Of a stretch of DNA of 64,000 nt, positions 27,076 to 40,198 are shown one piece after another (position 1 is the stretch's first letter; the number at the start of each line of letters is the position of its first letter). The notes beneath the pieces were generated by a model that was not told the DNA's origin, made no database searches, and was given only the letters and a program-made list of their open reading frames with translations. This stretch comes from Hormiphora californensis (taxonomy: Eukaryota; Animalia; Ctenophora). The DNA lies in the NCBI GenBank assembly GCA_020137815.1, contig CM035355.1, positions 5,456,001-5,520,000 on the forward strand. Direction: 5' to 3'. The position numbers were made by a program, and so were the translations under genes.

Positions 27076-27956
27076 GTTACTAATTAGTTACTAATACTAA
27101 TAATAATACTAATACTAATAATAATAGAAATAAAAAAGAAAGACGCTTTCGAGAACACTATATTTCACGTCTCTATGAGTACAAAGATGTGGGAAGTATG
27201 ATTAAGACACCATTTAGTATTTCATCAAAAAGGTGTATGAGTAGCAGAGAGAAAACAAATCCGTTTGAAACGATTTCCGAGACAAAAGAACATGTTGAGA
27301 GACATTTAAATTCAATGAGAAGATTCTAAAAGAACTAAAAGTGTCGGTTTTATATGAAAGAGGTATTATATTAAAGTGACACATTACAAAAGGAAAGCCG
27401 TGAGAAACAAATCCAAACCTGAGAAGTTTCTTCTTCTTCTTCTGATGTGATTGGAGAGGGAGATGACGAATGATTGGAGGTTTTTAATTTTTTACTTTTT
27501 CCCTTTTCTACCTCCTCTGAACTAGGTCTCTTTGCCTTAGCGCCTTCCATACACAGGGGGAGGGAAACGGGTTATCAACATTTGAACACGTCACACTACC
27601 ACATCATGTGTGATAATTTAGAGGGGCAGAAGTAAAACTCAAAAGTTCGAAAAAGGGTGTATTTTTGAAGATAAAACAAACTGTACAAAATCAAATTTAC
27701 CAACATGAACAAGAACACAAGATTAAAAAATCGATAAAATATTAGCGGTGTTTTTGGTTTCTTTTAATAAAACAGTTCAACCCAGAACAAACACAAATGT
27801 TACTTTTTACAACCTTGGCCACCAAACATATTCAGAGCTATCAGCTCCCCCAATCCAAACACGAGTAAAAAGTCCTGTTGTCTCTTGCATTGCTCAATCC
27901 TGTCTCAACTCTCACCGCGATTTGAACAAGATAAAGTTCTCGGTGATCTTTCTCCC

Positions 27957-28493
27957 TTATCCCAAGAATGCAGGATTACTAGGAGCAGTTGCAAAGATAT
28001 TCCCCACATTTACCACCTCATCATATGAAGGTGGGGCAGCTGTCCGGTACGCTAAATCAGGTGGGGGCAGCAGGGGCTCTATCTCTGTAGCACGGGGTGG
28101 GGCGTGCATGTGGGCCGCCTGGTTCTGAGCAACAACCATATTACTTGATCTCACCTCTTCATACCCCTCTCTCCTCCTCCTTCCCTCCGCACACCACACC
28201 CCAATACTCCATGTCATAACGGATAGGAACAAGAATATAACGAGGCCGGTTATAGCCCAAAACCAGATGGCACCCCGGCAATCACACCACGCCAGCCCAT
28301 CATCATCGTGCTGACAGTAGCAGCGGAAGAAGTCAGAATGATGGCAGGGGATACTCGTCTTGTTACCAAAATCCCCGGGGAAACAAAACGGTCGCCGTCC
28401 CTCCCAAATACAGGAATTATCAGATTGGTCGCATGGGATTGTCAGAGGGCTGGTGTCCGAGTGGCATACAGTATCGTAGCAAAGCATAGCCAT
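27957..28493 (-). CDS. Cys-rich single-pass membrane protein with cytoplasmic PPxY (Shisa-like/WBP1/VOPP1-type architecture)
   Basis: 178-aa ORF: ~10 Cys ectodomain, TM segment (AIWFWAITGLVIFLFLSVMTW), basic stop-transfer RRRR, then PPSYDEV. The signal peptide may lie in an unidentified upstream exon. Confidence 0.7.
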   Translation of the reverse strand: MAMLCYDTVCHSDTSPLTIPCDQSDNSCIWEGRRPFCFPGDFGNKTSIPCHHSDFFRCYCQHDDDGLAWCDCRGAIWFWAITGLVIFLFLSVMTWSIGVWCAEGRRRREGYEEVRSSNMVVAQNQAAHMHAPPRATEIEPLLPPPDLAYRTAAPPSYDEVVNVGNIFATAPSNPAFLG

Positions 28494-29173
28494 GATAGCT
28501 AGTGAAAGAAAGGGGGTTGGAGATAAAGAATATTGTCAGGTGTCAGGTGTCATGTGACGTAATAGCAAAAAACACGATTTACAATCAATACCAGTGCCAC
28601 TTCAAAATTAGCCGCTGGTTATTATTATGAACATCAAAACAGGGATCTTAATCAGTTGCCAAAATGCCCCGGAAGGCGTAAAATCGGCGAAGTAGGAGAG
28701 AACACTAGCACTAGGTATGTACCAAAAATTTGCGCCATTTTTAAGTGGATGACACATTCTTAGCGTGTACCACGCCAGTGTCATTTTGATGAGAAATTGA
28801 CTTAACCATTAGTTAACGATTATAGCGATCGGTATAAAAGCTGTACTGTGTCTCATGTACGTGGGTGGTCACGGACACCCATACTGAAAACACGGAGAAG
28901 AAAATACAAAAAAACGGGAAACCTGATGAGAAGGGGGCTCACCAATGCTTAAAATTTCATAATTGTACAGCCTTTGGGTCCTGCTTAAAGAGCTCCGGCC
29001 CTACACAACCACCGACGGCCGGAGCGGTGTCCCTGGACCCCGCTTGCCAGAGGCCCAGTGCCGTCCCTGCATGGCAATCTCTTATGCGTGTGGTTTATCC
29101 TGTTCTTTCATGCTGTAGGTCGTCTCACACCTGACTCCTCGAGGCCTTGTAACCTTTTTTACGGGTCGCTATA

Positions 29174-29934
29174 AGGAACCATAATAAAGTTCAAGAGCCT
29201 CCAAGAGCGCACCACAATCAAGAGAGACCAAAAAATACTGCGACGGCAAAAAAACCTGTATAATGGCGCGCGGATTTCACTAAAAATCTCATTTGAAACA
29301 TCAAATTGACCCTTTTCCTTGAATTTTTTCTTTTTCTCTCCGTGATTCAAAGTAAAAATGCGGACGCGTCCGCATCGTCCGCATGGCAGAGCCGCCCCTG
29401 GCGTACCACATCTGGATAGGGAGCTCTCTTGGATGAGGTGCGCTCTTGATTTCGTCTCTCTTGATTGTGGTGTGCTCTTGATTTTGGTCTCTCTTGATTG
29501 TGGTGCGCTCTTGGAGGCTCTTGAACTTTATTATGGTTCCTTATTAAATATAAGGAACCATAATAAAGTTCAAGAGCCTCCAAGAGCACCCAAGAGCGCA
29601 CCCGATCGAAGAGAGACCACACCTGAGAGCGCACCACACCCAAAAGAGATCACATCCAAGAGCGCACCACCTCCAGAAGACACCACTTCGAGAGCGCACC
29701 ACATCAAAGAGAGCTCCCCATCCAGAAGATACCACGCGCAGGGGACACCACGCGCAGAAGAGACCAGCGCGGCGTTGTATTTGCGCGTGCGGTCTCTTCT
29801 GCGCGTGGTGTCCCCTGCGCGCGGTATCTTCTGGATGGGGAGCTCTCTTTGATGTGGTGCGCTCTGGGAGTGGTGTCTTTTGGAGGTGGTACGCTCTTGG
29901 ATGGGGTGCGCTCTTGAACTTTATTATGGTTCCT
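29174..29934. mobile_element. Two adjacent MITEs of the AGGAACCATAATAAAGTTCAAGAGC family
   Basis: Copies 29174-29541 and 29553-29934, each TA-flanked, with matching TIRs and internal GAGCGCACC subrepeats. Further copies at 59017-59348 and ~59895-60915. Confidence 0.85.
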
Positions 29935-30507
29935 TATTAAAGTTAAAAAAGTAAAAACTTGAAACAAAAAAGTTTAAGAATCTGAAAAAAATGAAACGAA
30001 ATCTGCTGAATTTCTGAGCCGCGCAAGCTTCATAGTTCACGCTGCGCGGCACGTTTTTGCAGCGTATTCTAGATTTATTCGCGGCGAATGGCGATTTACT
30101 GATTTGCGATTAAGGGTACCCTAGCCATCACAGTACTGCAGTATACAGTGTACATTCTACACTCAAGCACTGTAAATGAGTGTAGAACCGTAGAAACATT
30201 TCAATGTCAAACTCAAAATGAAATGTGTATTTCGATGGATGAAATCAATAGTAGAAATATACAAAATAAAATGACCAATAAACACATCACATATATTATT
30301 ATTCATTGTCAGCAGAGAGAATCAGACATCAGTATGACACTAGGGAGTAGGGAGAGGAAGAAAGAGTCCAAGCTCCAAACATTGTTCCTGTTCATACAAC
30401 TCTCCATACATCTTGATCTACTGTTACACTCACTGGCTCACAAACTCTTTTGATTCATATATCCTGAACTTTCTCTTGACATAATCAGCAACAATAAATT
30501 GTTTTTC

Positions 30508-33500
30508 TCACTTCTCTTTATTCTTTATATCCCTCAGACCACCCTCCCGTAGAGCGTCCAGTGCTCGGTCCCCCTTGGGTAGACTAGGTTTAGGTGGGTC
30601 ACCTGTTTTCCGATCGGATAGCATGTTATTGTACTGCTCGATCAGCCCTCCAACTTTCTTTCCAACTGCGATGTTTTTACCTACGTAGTACCTAGGGAGA
30701 GAGGGGAGGGGTGTTGGGGGTGAATCGAGTGGGACAGTTACTGAAAGGGCTGATTTTGGGAGAGAGAGAAAGAGTTTACAATCGGAGATAATATCAGTGT
30801 CTATAATAACTGCAGTGTTGAGGTGCTGTGAGTCTGTCTGGCGGCGTCAGACCCCTATTTGATTCTCAGATGGGGTCTGCGGCGCCAGACAGCTGTGAGT
30901 GGAGAAAAAATTCAGCAAGGTTCCAGCACATGCATGTATGCTGAATTGTGATACAAGACTGAGTCTAGCTCAGGTCAACTAAATCAAAAGGATATTGGAG
31001 CTTTTTAGGGCGTGATATGGCCATGGGTCATCCTTGCCTTGCTCGACCCTGTTTGGATTTGAACAAAACAAGGATATCATGCAGCAATCATTTTCAGCGA
31101 ACAATTTGGGGGCACATGCAGTTCAAATAATTTTTAGCCAAGTGAGAGATTGATCAGATATCATGCAATATGTGACAGAGAGATGGTGCAGCTCTTGCTT
31201 ACTGTGCTACCACATAGCGCCACGTGCAGGGGTCGTGCTAGCAAAAGCTCTTTTTATGATTTCTGCGTTTTATCGTCGACGCCGAGAAGTTAATGACTCC
31301 TACGACTCCCTCTTTTCCGGCGTAGTATCTGATTCGTGTGTGTTAGGTACGTGCTAGATATATATTAGGGGTGATATAAGCTGTAATTGTTAGCGGGGTA
31401 TAGCCAGTCTCCCATCATGCTGCGCAGCTAATCTGTCTGGCGGAGCGCCGACCCGATTTCAAATAAAAACGCCAAAACGCCAGACAGTGCAGCTAGTAAT
31501 CAGTAGACTTGCTCTCAATTAACCTCTTCCGAAGATCCTTGATAAGTTTCTCTCTGTATTGGTCACCCTGATGTTTCTCTCCCAGCAAGGGCCCCGTGGA
31601 ACACCTGCAGAGGGAAACAAGGCTGTCAATACGAGGTGGGAAACAAAGACGTAACATGTTTCCATGGGTAAATAGAAGCTGGGAAACAACAATATGACGT
31701 CATATCACGATACTGGCAAAAGTAGACATTGGGTGGGGGTTAGGGGATAACGTACCCTTCTAATTCGTCTCTATAATCTATTCATTACCTGAATATTTTG
31801 GTGAACAGTATAACCAGAGCGTGACATATCAGATTAAAGGGTGACGGATAACTGTGCCCACCCTCGTACCCCCTGTACATGAGGGCCCGGGCAAACTTCC
31901 ATTCAACATCAGACTGGTGCTGGATCCGTTCAAATGTGGTTGTTAACATTGCAATCAACATGTTGAGGAGAAGAATCGCAGATAACATTAGATAACCTGG
32001 GGGAGGATCGCAGATAACATTAGATAACCTGGGGGAGGATCGCAGATAACATTAGATAACCTGGGGGAGGATAGCAGATAACATTAGATAACCTGGGGGA
32101 GGATCGCAGATAACATTAGATAACCTGGGGGAGGATCGCAGATAACATTAGATAACCTGGGGGAGGATCGCAGATAACATTAGATAACCTGGGGGAGGAT
32201 CGCAGATAACATTAGATAACCTGGGGGAGGATCGCAGATAACATTAGATAACCTGGGGGAGGATCGCAGATAACATTAGATAACCTGGGGGAGGATCGCA
32301 GATAACATTAGATAACCTGGGGGAGGATCGCAGATAACATTAGATAACCTGGGGGAGGATCGCAGATAACATTAGATAACCTGGGGGAGGATCGCAGATA
32401 ACATTAGATAACCTGGGGGAGGATCGCAGATAACATTAGATAACCTGGGGATGGGGATAACTTGGGGGTGGGGTAAAGTTAAATTGGGGAACCTGGTAGA
32501 CAGTCGATCTGATGATATTCTGGGGGGAAATTCTTAAGAGGATTCTGACTTTCTACTTACTTCCAAGAAGAAAATAGATGACAACATAAACACCCGTCTG
32601 TTGAACCTCCCTTTCTCCCCTCAACTCGTCGATAAAGTCAATAAACCCAAACAGCGACCAAAGCAGAGTCATGGCCGTTTGTTCCAAGTTCTTAAACTCT
32701 TTGGGAATATCAAGACCTGCAACACCCTGAGTTTCCGGATAAAACCGATATATTTGGCTCATTGTAACGGTGATACAGATAGAGAAGGAGAGAACGAAAC
32801 CACTTAGCAGCACCAAGATCTGACAGAGATCTTCAATCATAGATTTCATCGCCAGCTGGAGGGGTCCGAGGACGTTGTGGGAGTCAGTGAGCGAGATGAA
32901 CTTTATCGTCTGGAGGTAGCCTAGGAAACCGTAAAACATCCAAGCAACTCCAACATAATTCTCTATTTTACCGTACAGATCCACTTCAGAAGTATCGAGA
33001 TTTAGTTTCCAGAAAATATCCTTATCCAGTGTCATGGTCCTGTTACAGTTCATTTCCACGAGGTTATCAGGTAATCCACATGCCAGATGAATGGTGTACA
33101 CACGTATACCAGCCGCCACGCACATCAGTGAGATAATCAGCATATCCAGGACGTTCCAAAAGTGTGTTGCATAGTTTTTCCAGCCCAGTTTCCGGAGTTG
33201 GATCACCTCTGTATAGATCTGGCCAAGGATGCAAGACCACAGAATATACTCATACCCCATATCAAACTGTAACGCTTGGAGTGGCAAACACTCCGCTAAG
33301 CAGACCTTTAGTAGCAAACAGAAACAAATACAGAAACTGATTGTATCTGCAATGAGACACAACACCGGGGTTCCCATAAAATCGATATATTCCCCGAGAT
33401 CAGAGTATTTCAGTTTCCTGGTTCTGCTATCCTGTTTGATGTAACGGAAGAAGTAGATGGGGAAGATAATGACAGAGAACCACCAGTAGAGGAAGAGAAG

Positions 33501-36241
33501 GAATCGGTCCCATAGAGATTTGTTCATGAACTTTCCAAAGTTTTGTTCTTTAAGGAGAGACTGGACGAAGGGGTGTGCAACAAACTCTTTCTTGCTGAGG
33601 GAAGGTGAGGACTTATTAGTAATAGGACAAATTAATTTTGTGAACTGGGAGCTAACTCAACTAATTGGATACCTAGGTCCCGCATAACATATTAGGATAT
33701 TGTATCACTACAAACTGAATAAGTTATTGATGGCCCTATTCTAGATGCAAACCAAGCTAAAATACTCACGAGTTGTTGATAGCCTTGTCAATGACTTTCA
33801 TCTCTTTTGACAGCAGTCTCCTTGCTTCCCACAAGTTCTCACACTGATCCAGGAAACTGTAGGCAAAGGATTCACACTGAAAATATAGATTGAAATAGTT
33901 GTTAGAAAGGTAGTAAAAAGAGAGGCCTGAATTAGAGATTTCGAGATAGGGGGTCATCGTTAGTTATCGATCAGGTATACTAGGAGTTAGGACTATCCAC
34001 TGCCCCTACCCCTTGTTACAAGAAGATAAGAACTCGGCTTAGAACATTTAATCCCCTTGTTTACCTCAAGTGCTAGTGCGGTATAGATGTCCCTGTATTC
34101 CTCTCTCCGTTTAGCAAGAAGGTACAACTTATTGCTAACACTGAATGCAGTTAGAATCGGTTCCTTAGTGGCAGCGAGAATGGGAGGAGATACCAACATC
34201 TTGACACCAGTCAGGGAGAAAGCTTTCTCGTCGTTAATCCAGTTGTTACCGATTTGGGGGTTGCAGATACAACTTAGCGCGGTCTGAAGAAAGGGGTGTT
34301 ACTGGGTTTTGTAAAATATTCTAAACGGAGTTGTTCCTAATATCCACAACTCTACACAACTTTGTGAAAACTAAAGGACTAAAGGACTTGTCACCCAGGA
34401 ATGTAGTTACATTTAACTGTACCCACCTGGATGTCAGCTCCATTTTCCACCAGATACCCAACCATTGCCTTATTTTGGGCCTTGGCAGCCCGACTTAGGG
34501 CGGTCTCTTTCTGGAAGTTTTTAGATATCGCATTTACATCTGCATCCCTGTCTATCAGATATTTAACGAGGTCGTTATTCTCATTTTCCACCGCCTCCAT
34601 CAGAGCTGAAATGGAGAGATTTGAGGATTATAAGAATGTACTTCCCTTCCATTCTAACACCTTGGTAAAATGTCAACAACGGGTAACATCGACCACCACA
34701 TTTCCAACGTTGGCGCTTACCAGCGCTGTGTGTGCGCGCAGGAACACGATGATTGGTTTCGTTCCAATTAGGTTCCTGCGCGTCACGTGGTTTTACATGG
34801 GATCAATTGGAGTGCGACCGGTGCGACACAGTCACAATACTGTTGGGTCACTACCTATCAAAAGTGCCCTCACCTTTCTAATCCTGATTCTGGGATATCT
34901 CCCCAGACAGATCTATTATTGATCATGTCAGATTGGAATGTCACATTGAATGGAATGTACCTCAAGGCAAGCTATGAAGCCATATTTAGATTCATGGGCG
35001 GATAAATTACCGAGATAGCTATTAATAATCATGATATATGATATGCCATTCTTTCTCTCTGACTACATAAAGTGTGAGACAGTAATTACTGTAGCATCTC
35101 GGTAAGTAACACTTCGAAGTTACGCACACGAACTCCACCTGTCACACCCAACAACATTATAACTTTGATGAGGTCTCGTACTGAGACGAATGAAGCAGGC
35201 GAGATGGCCCAGAAACCGGCAAGTTAGTTCATAAATAAATAACGTATTACCTAGGTAAAACTTGGTTATTGGTTAAAGTTAACCACGTACCTGTTCTGCC
35301 ATAAGAGTTGGCAAAATTAACAACATCTGGGTGGTTATCCAGAACGGTCCTGAGTTGTTCCATGTTCCCATCTCGAGCGTGAGAGAGGAACTTCTCTCCT
35401 ATTGATGCTGCAGTACCACTGTTACCCGCCTGAGAGAGAGGGAGGGAGGGGGTGTTGCTGAGGGTTATTGGAGGGGGGATTCTTTAGTTAGACTCGTGCT
35501 TTGTGCTATTAGAACATGGAAAATCAATTCAGGCAACAACAAGTATGTACACGTGTGACCAGACCCTGATTCATGTATCATGGTTCATCTCATTAATGAG
35601 ATAATGAATGAACAAAATAATAAAATCCCAGTACAAATAAACTACATCTATAAAAAGCATTTCATTACATCGTTTCCGTTTCGATTTGAACCGATCACAG
35701 ATAGCACTGACTTAGCCTTCATCTTCTCACAATTCAACAAACAAACAATAAATGTCTACAGCCGTCACCGTAAAACAAAAACTAATGCCCAGCCTAGCTG
35801 TGTGTGTGCTGCTTCAGGCGTGCCTAGTATTGCAAGGTTGGAAATTGAATGTAATTGCTGCTACACAGACACTGCGAGTTCTGGAAGGGTGTTTGGGAAA
35901 ACCAGGAACAACCAATTTCCATATACAGACAGACAGATAGACAGACAAACTCGAGATACGGATAAAACGTGACGGACAAACTCGTGATAAGATGAAATAT
36001 GTGAAGCACTGCAATTTGTTAATTCCAATATATTGATTTCTGCTTGTGACTTTAGCTCATTAAAAACCCAAAGATGTATCTGCTAGCTTGTTGCAAGACT
36101 CACAGCTAAGCCTAGTGGGCGTGTCTCAGTATCCTGAGAGATGATTCCCAACCGTCGGAAGGATGTCACAGAGCTCAACATGATCCGGATTTTACTCCAC
36201 GCCCCAGTGGGCGGGGACAATCTGTTTCTGGAGTTGTTCAT
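30508..36241 (-). CDS. TRPC-like transient receptor potential channel, 9 exons
   Basis: Exons 36241-36104 (first exon less certain), 35429-35291, 34605-34427, 34283-34065, 33876-33770, 33594-32561, 31996-31789, 31604-31524, 30691-30508. Motifs: ankyrin repeats (GRTALMEAV, ETALSRAA), EPILTAF, KEFVAHPFVQ, WNVLD, LGPLQL, pore TLLWSLFG, S6 LLNMLIAM, TRP box EWKFAR, PSPFNLI. Confidence 0.93.
30836..30892. mobile_element. Short CTGTCTGGCG-terminated hairpin/MITE family member
   Basis: CTGTCTGGCGGCGTCAGACCCC...GGGGTCTGCGGCGCCAGACAG. Related sequences at ~1600-1650, 31433-31485, 58770-58838 and 60949. Confidence 0.6.
31975..32450 (-). repeat. 32-bp tandem array (15 units) duplicating the 3' splice site and start of the TRP S6 exon
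   Basis: Minus-strand unit CCCCAG|GTTATCTAATGTTATCTGCGATCCTC, with acceptors every 32 bp from 31997 to 32445. Confidence 0.95.
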
Positions 36242-36382
36242 ATCTCTGCAGCAACCCTCCCTCACACGAGAGAGAGAGGAAACTAAGCCTAGCAAGAACG
36301 GATCTAGAGAAGTGATGTGCAACAAATTAGTAATTGAATTGCACGTTCAAAAGACAAGTCACACTAAGTAGGTTTTGTTCTG

Positions 36383-37329
36383 TAGTAGAGTCGATAAGAA
36401 CACTCACCTCCTCCGATTTCAGTGAAACTTCTCACATGCTAACATATGATAATGGAGGTACAAATACCGCTTATTTTAGGTCCGAAAAACTTTTGGTTCG
36501 TTAATTATCGCTAATTGAAAAACGCCAAAAATGGGCTAAAATGGCCCTTAAGGTGGATTTGAAATTTTGGAGTTGGAACTCCAGACTTCGTACAGGTGTC
36601 CGCTAGGATGCCAATATGCACCACAGGCGGGCTCAGGCCTAAATTCGTCCGAATTTTTGCGTAAGGCCGGATGGCGTGAATTTTGGTCACGTGATTTGGG
36701 CAAAAAATCAGTTTTTTGCTATTTGTGCCTTTCCTGCACGCCGGAGATGAAAAATAAGGCCATTTCCTCTCATTTATTTTTCTTTCTGCATCGATTAAGC
36801 AGGCTGTGAACCTCCCTTACTTCAACGGTTCAGAAGTTAGAGTTTTGCAAAAAAAGAGCGGGAGACTAGATGGCGTCAATTTTGTAAGGCGATTTGTGTC
36901 TTTCCTGTGCGTCTGGGATGAAAAATGATGTCAAAACGTGTCATTTTCATCATATTCTGCATCGATTAAGCAGGTTATAAACATCCCTTACTTGAGCGGT
37001 TCAGAAGTTAGCCGAGGTCACGTGACCAAGATTTACGCCATCCGGTCTTACGCAAAAATTCGGACGAATTTAGGCCTGAGCCCGCCTGTGGTGCATATTG
37101 GCATCCTAGCGGACACCTGTACGAAGTCTGGAGTTCCAACTCCAAAATTTCAAATCCACCTTAAGGGCCATTTTAGCCCATTTTTGGCGTTTTTCAATTA
37201 GCGATAATTAACGAACCAAAAACTTTTTGGACCTAAAATAAGCGGTATTTGTACCTCCATTATCATATTTTAGCATGTGAGAAGTTTTACTGAAATCGGA
37301 GGAGGTGAGTGTTCTTATCGACTCTACTA
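36383..37329. mobile_element. Foldback MITE with ~310-bp TIRs
   Basis: TAGTAGAGTCGATAAGAACACTCACC...GGTGAGTGTTCTTATCGACTCTACTA, plus an internal direct repeat. TSD is ambiguous (TA or CTG). Confidence 0.88.
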
Positions 37330-37668
37330 CTGCATCAAGATATGTGTGTGACAAGACAAGCTGTGATACCGGCCCGGCAACTATTATATTATAATAGTAG
37401 GATAGGGTTAGGCAACAACTTTCAACACCTCAAAATGCCGAATGAGTAGTTGCAATGAGTTGTCTTGGATCATGGTAATCCACTGAGAATGTATTCGAAA
37501 ATGACGAGAGAGAGGGAAAGTGTGAATTGAGAAGAAAGAACGAGGGAGGAGAGAGAAGTACTAGACTGCTTCGGAGAAGGTGTCATGAGGAAAATCCTGC
37601 ACATATAATCCTTCAGTCATGGAATGTATGCAGGTATTCCTCCAATATCTCTCTCCTTCTCTCTCTCC

Positions 37669-37719
<51 letters not shown>

Positions 37720-37738
37720 TCTCTCTCCTTCTCTCTCT

Positions 37739-37806
<68 letters not shown>

Positions 37807-37988
37807 ATCACTCTCTCTCTATCTCTCTCTCTCTCCTTCTCATTTTTGCTATACACGAGTAGCCTGCGATCAGGCAGTACAGCATCTGCGTCAACTGCCG
37901 GACTAATCAATAAATGTGTCGCACTACCGGTTTCGTTCAGCTCTTCACTCTATTTATCCCTATATCTCCATCGCTACTATTCACTCAA

Positions 37989-38027
<39 letters not shown>

Positions 38028-40198
38028 TCCTTCATCTATCTCTCTATCTTCTTTCTCCCTGGGAGGTGAATTTGAGTACAACAGCTGATACCTAGCGAGA
38101 GGGAGATATATGACGTCATACGGAACACCCAGTTACAGAAAATGCAAAATGAATCTATGGTTAGAACATGCACATGCACATATATTTTGTGATTAATCAT
38201 GCATGAGAACTAGGGCTAACAACAGTATTAATCTCCCAAGTAAGCAGCAGAGGGATCAGTGAGACGATATAATATGGGATCCATCTGTGTGGTGTAGTGT
38301 GCACTGTGCAGCACAGCTTGACCCTTTCTTTTGGTTCTTAGTGCTGTTCAAGCATGCGAGAAGGGGTCTGTTGCACATGCTGGACACTGTTCAGTGGACA
38401 GTGGACAGATCTTCATCTAATCATGAGAACGGGTCTGGTGCTGGACAGAATCTTGGTTACCTTGCCCAGTCCATCCATATTGACATTGTTAGTTCCCCCC
38501 ACAAGGGAGTGAAGGGAGCTCAGGAGGGATGCAGTCTGCATCTTCAACAAGTTACTCATCCCAGCTGATCAAACACCAAATATATCCAATATTGACTCGC
38601 ACAGATGATCGCAAACTATCCAATAGTTGACTATTATATTTTCCTCGTGGTACAATTCAAACAGCTGTATATTAGTAGTCCGACTTTTCAAAATTTAAAG
38701 GACCTGCACACAGGACCAGCACACAAACTATCCAATACTGGCTCCGTTAGCACCTAGCAGACTCTCTCTCACTTCCCCGCGGTACAAGCAGTTGAACTAT
38801 TCAAATGACACTAGACTCAACATTCAAATGGTAGGGGCGGGTACGAAATGACTATAGTGCTAATTTAGTGAGATAAAGCTTCGGTGAAAAGCAGTGTGTG
38901 TGTGGGGTAGTGTACAAAGTTGTCGACAGCAGCTATCTTCTATTTAACATCCCTCTCTCTCTTATTCATCTTTCCATCTCTCTCACTGACACAGCTCACC
39001 CCTCTATTTCTTTCTTCCCCCTCTTCAGTCTGTTTTTAACAATGGTATAGCAGTGATATAGACTACCACGATAGGGCTGACAGCGGAAGCGGAAGAAAAG
39101 TACTATGGGTGTGCCTAAAAAGTTGATGAAGCTAGATAATGAAGTCATTAGAGATGAACCAATTGCTAAAAACAAAGGAGTATCTGGAATAAAGCTAGGT
39201 CGGAGCTAGACTCTTTTTTATAACGGTGCAGATAGACCTTGGTCTGGGATATATCATCAGCCAGGTCTGCAGATAGATGACAGCTCTGTTTCAAATCACA
39301 AGAAAGTAAGCAGTTCTCACTGTTACAATGAGGGCGAGGAGAGGCAAAAAATTACCAGCAAATTAGCGGTGCTTTTCTATCAGACCACCTCAACTATAAC
39401 AGTTCTACATGTTACAGCCGGGGTACATGCACAGTTGACTGTGGGCTGTGGCACTACAGTAGAGAATTGTAATATTACAGTAATTGTTGGCATATATTAT
39501 TGAATGTTATAATATGTTGTATCATAATTGGACGGTGTTATAGTTATTATGACAGATATAATTGTGGTTTCAGAATCCGATATTTGGATTCCGCTACAAA
39601 GGCCAATTATGATACATGCACTTCGAACTCTATAGGCTACAAAATGTCGAACTCTATAGGCTACAAAACAAGAATTTCTTGAAGAAACAAACTGGCATTC
39701 AACAAACTACATACAACATGCATATTCTTCTCGACAGGTACAGTAAAGATGCATCACCCGCCAGTATCCCTCTCACTGTGTGTGACTTCAGTCTTCAAGT
39801 TCAAGAGAAACATAGACATATCATGCCAGGAAACCTGGCATAGACATTCAAAACCTTTCGTGACACAGGGTCGAGTAAGGCAAAAATCAACATATTTCAA
39901 AAACCAATATTAAAAACATGTATTATTCGAAGGAGAACATTAAATTTACTTTGGTCGCTCCAAGGTTAGAGATAATTGACGGTGCATATTTGCTTAGGTG
40001 TTTCTGATAAAAGAGGGGATCTGTATATTTACCAGTTAAATCATTAAAAATGTTTGCTGTAAATCTAAATGCTTGACTGTCATGGGCATCGATCAATACC
40101 TCGTGGCATGATTCATATCGGCCTAATATAAGGTCAAATAGCAAAGGCAAAAAGGAACGTAAAAACTGAGTTTAAATTAAGATACCTTACTAAGGGTG

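Noticed and set aside
29347-29967. ORFs of 87-164 aa (also at 58897-60935 and 61534-62268)
   Set aside because: They lie within non-coding MITE repeats and show no transposase motifs.
37527-38088. Poly-ER and poly-SL ORFs (also near 2245, 22486, 51484)
   Set aside because: Translations of CT/GA microsatellites.
38287-38568. Coding-like segments here and at 48385-48815, 51320-51517 and 53260-53811
   Set aside because: No recognisable motifs or consistent splice structure.
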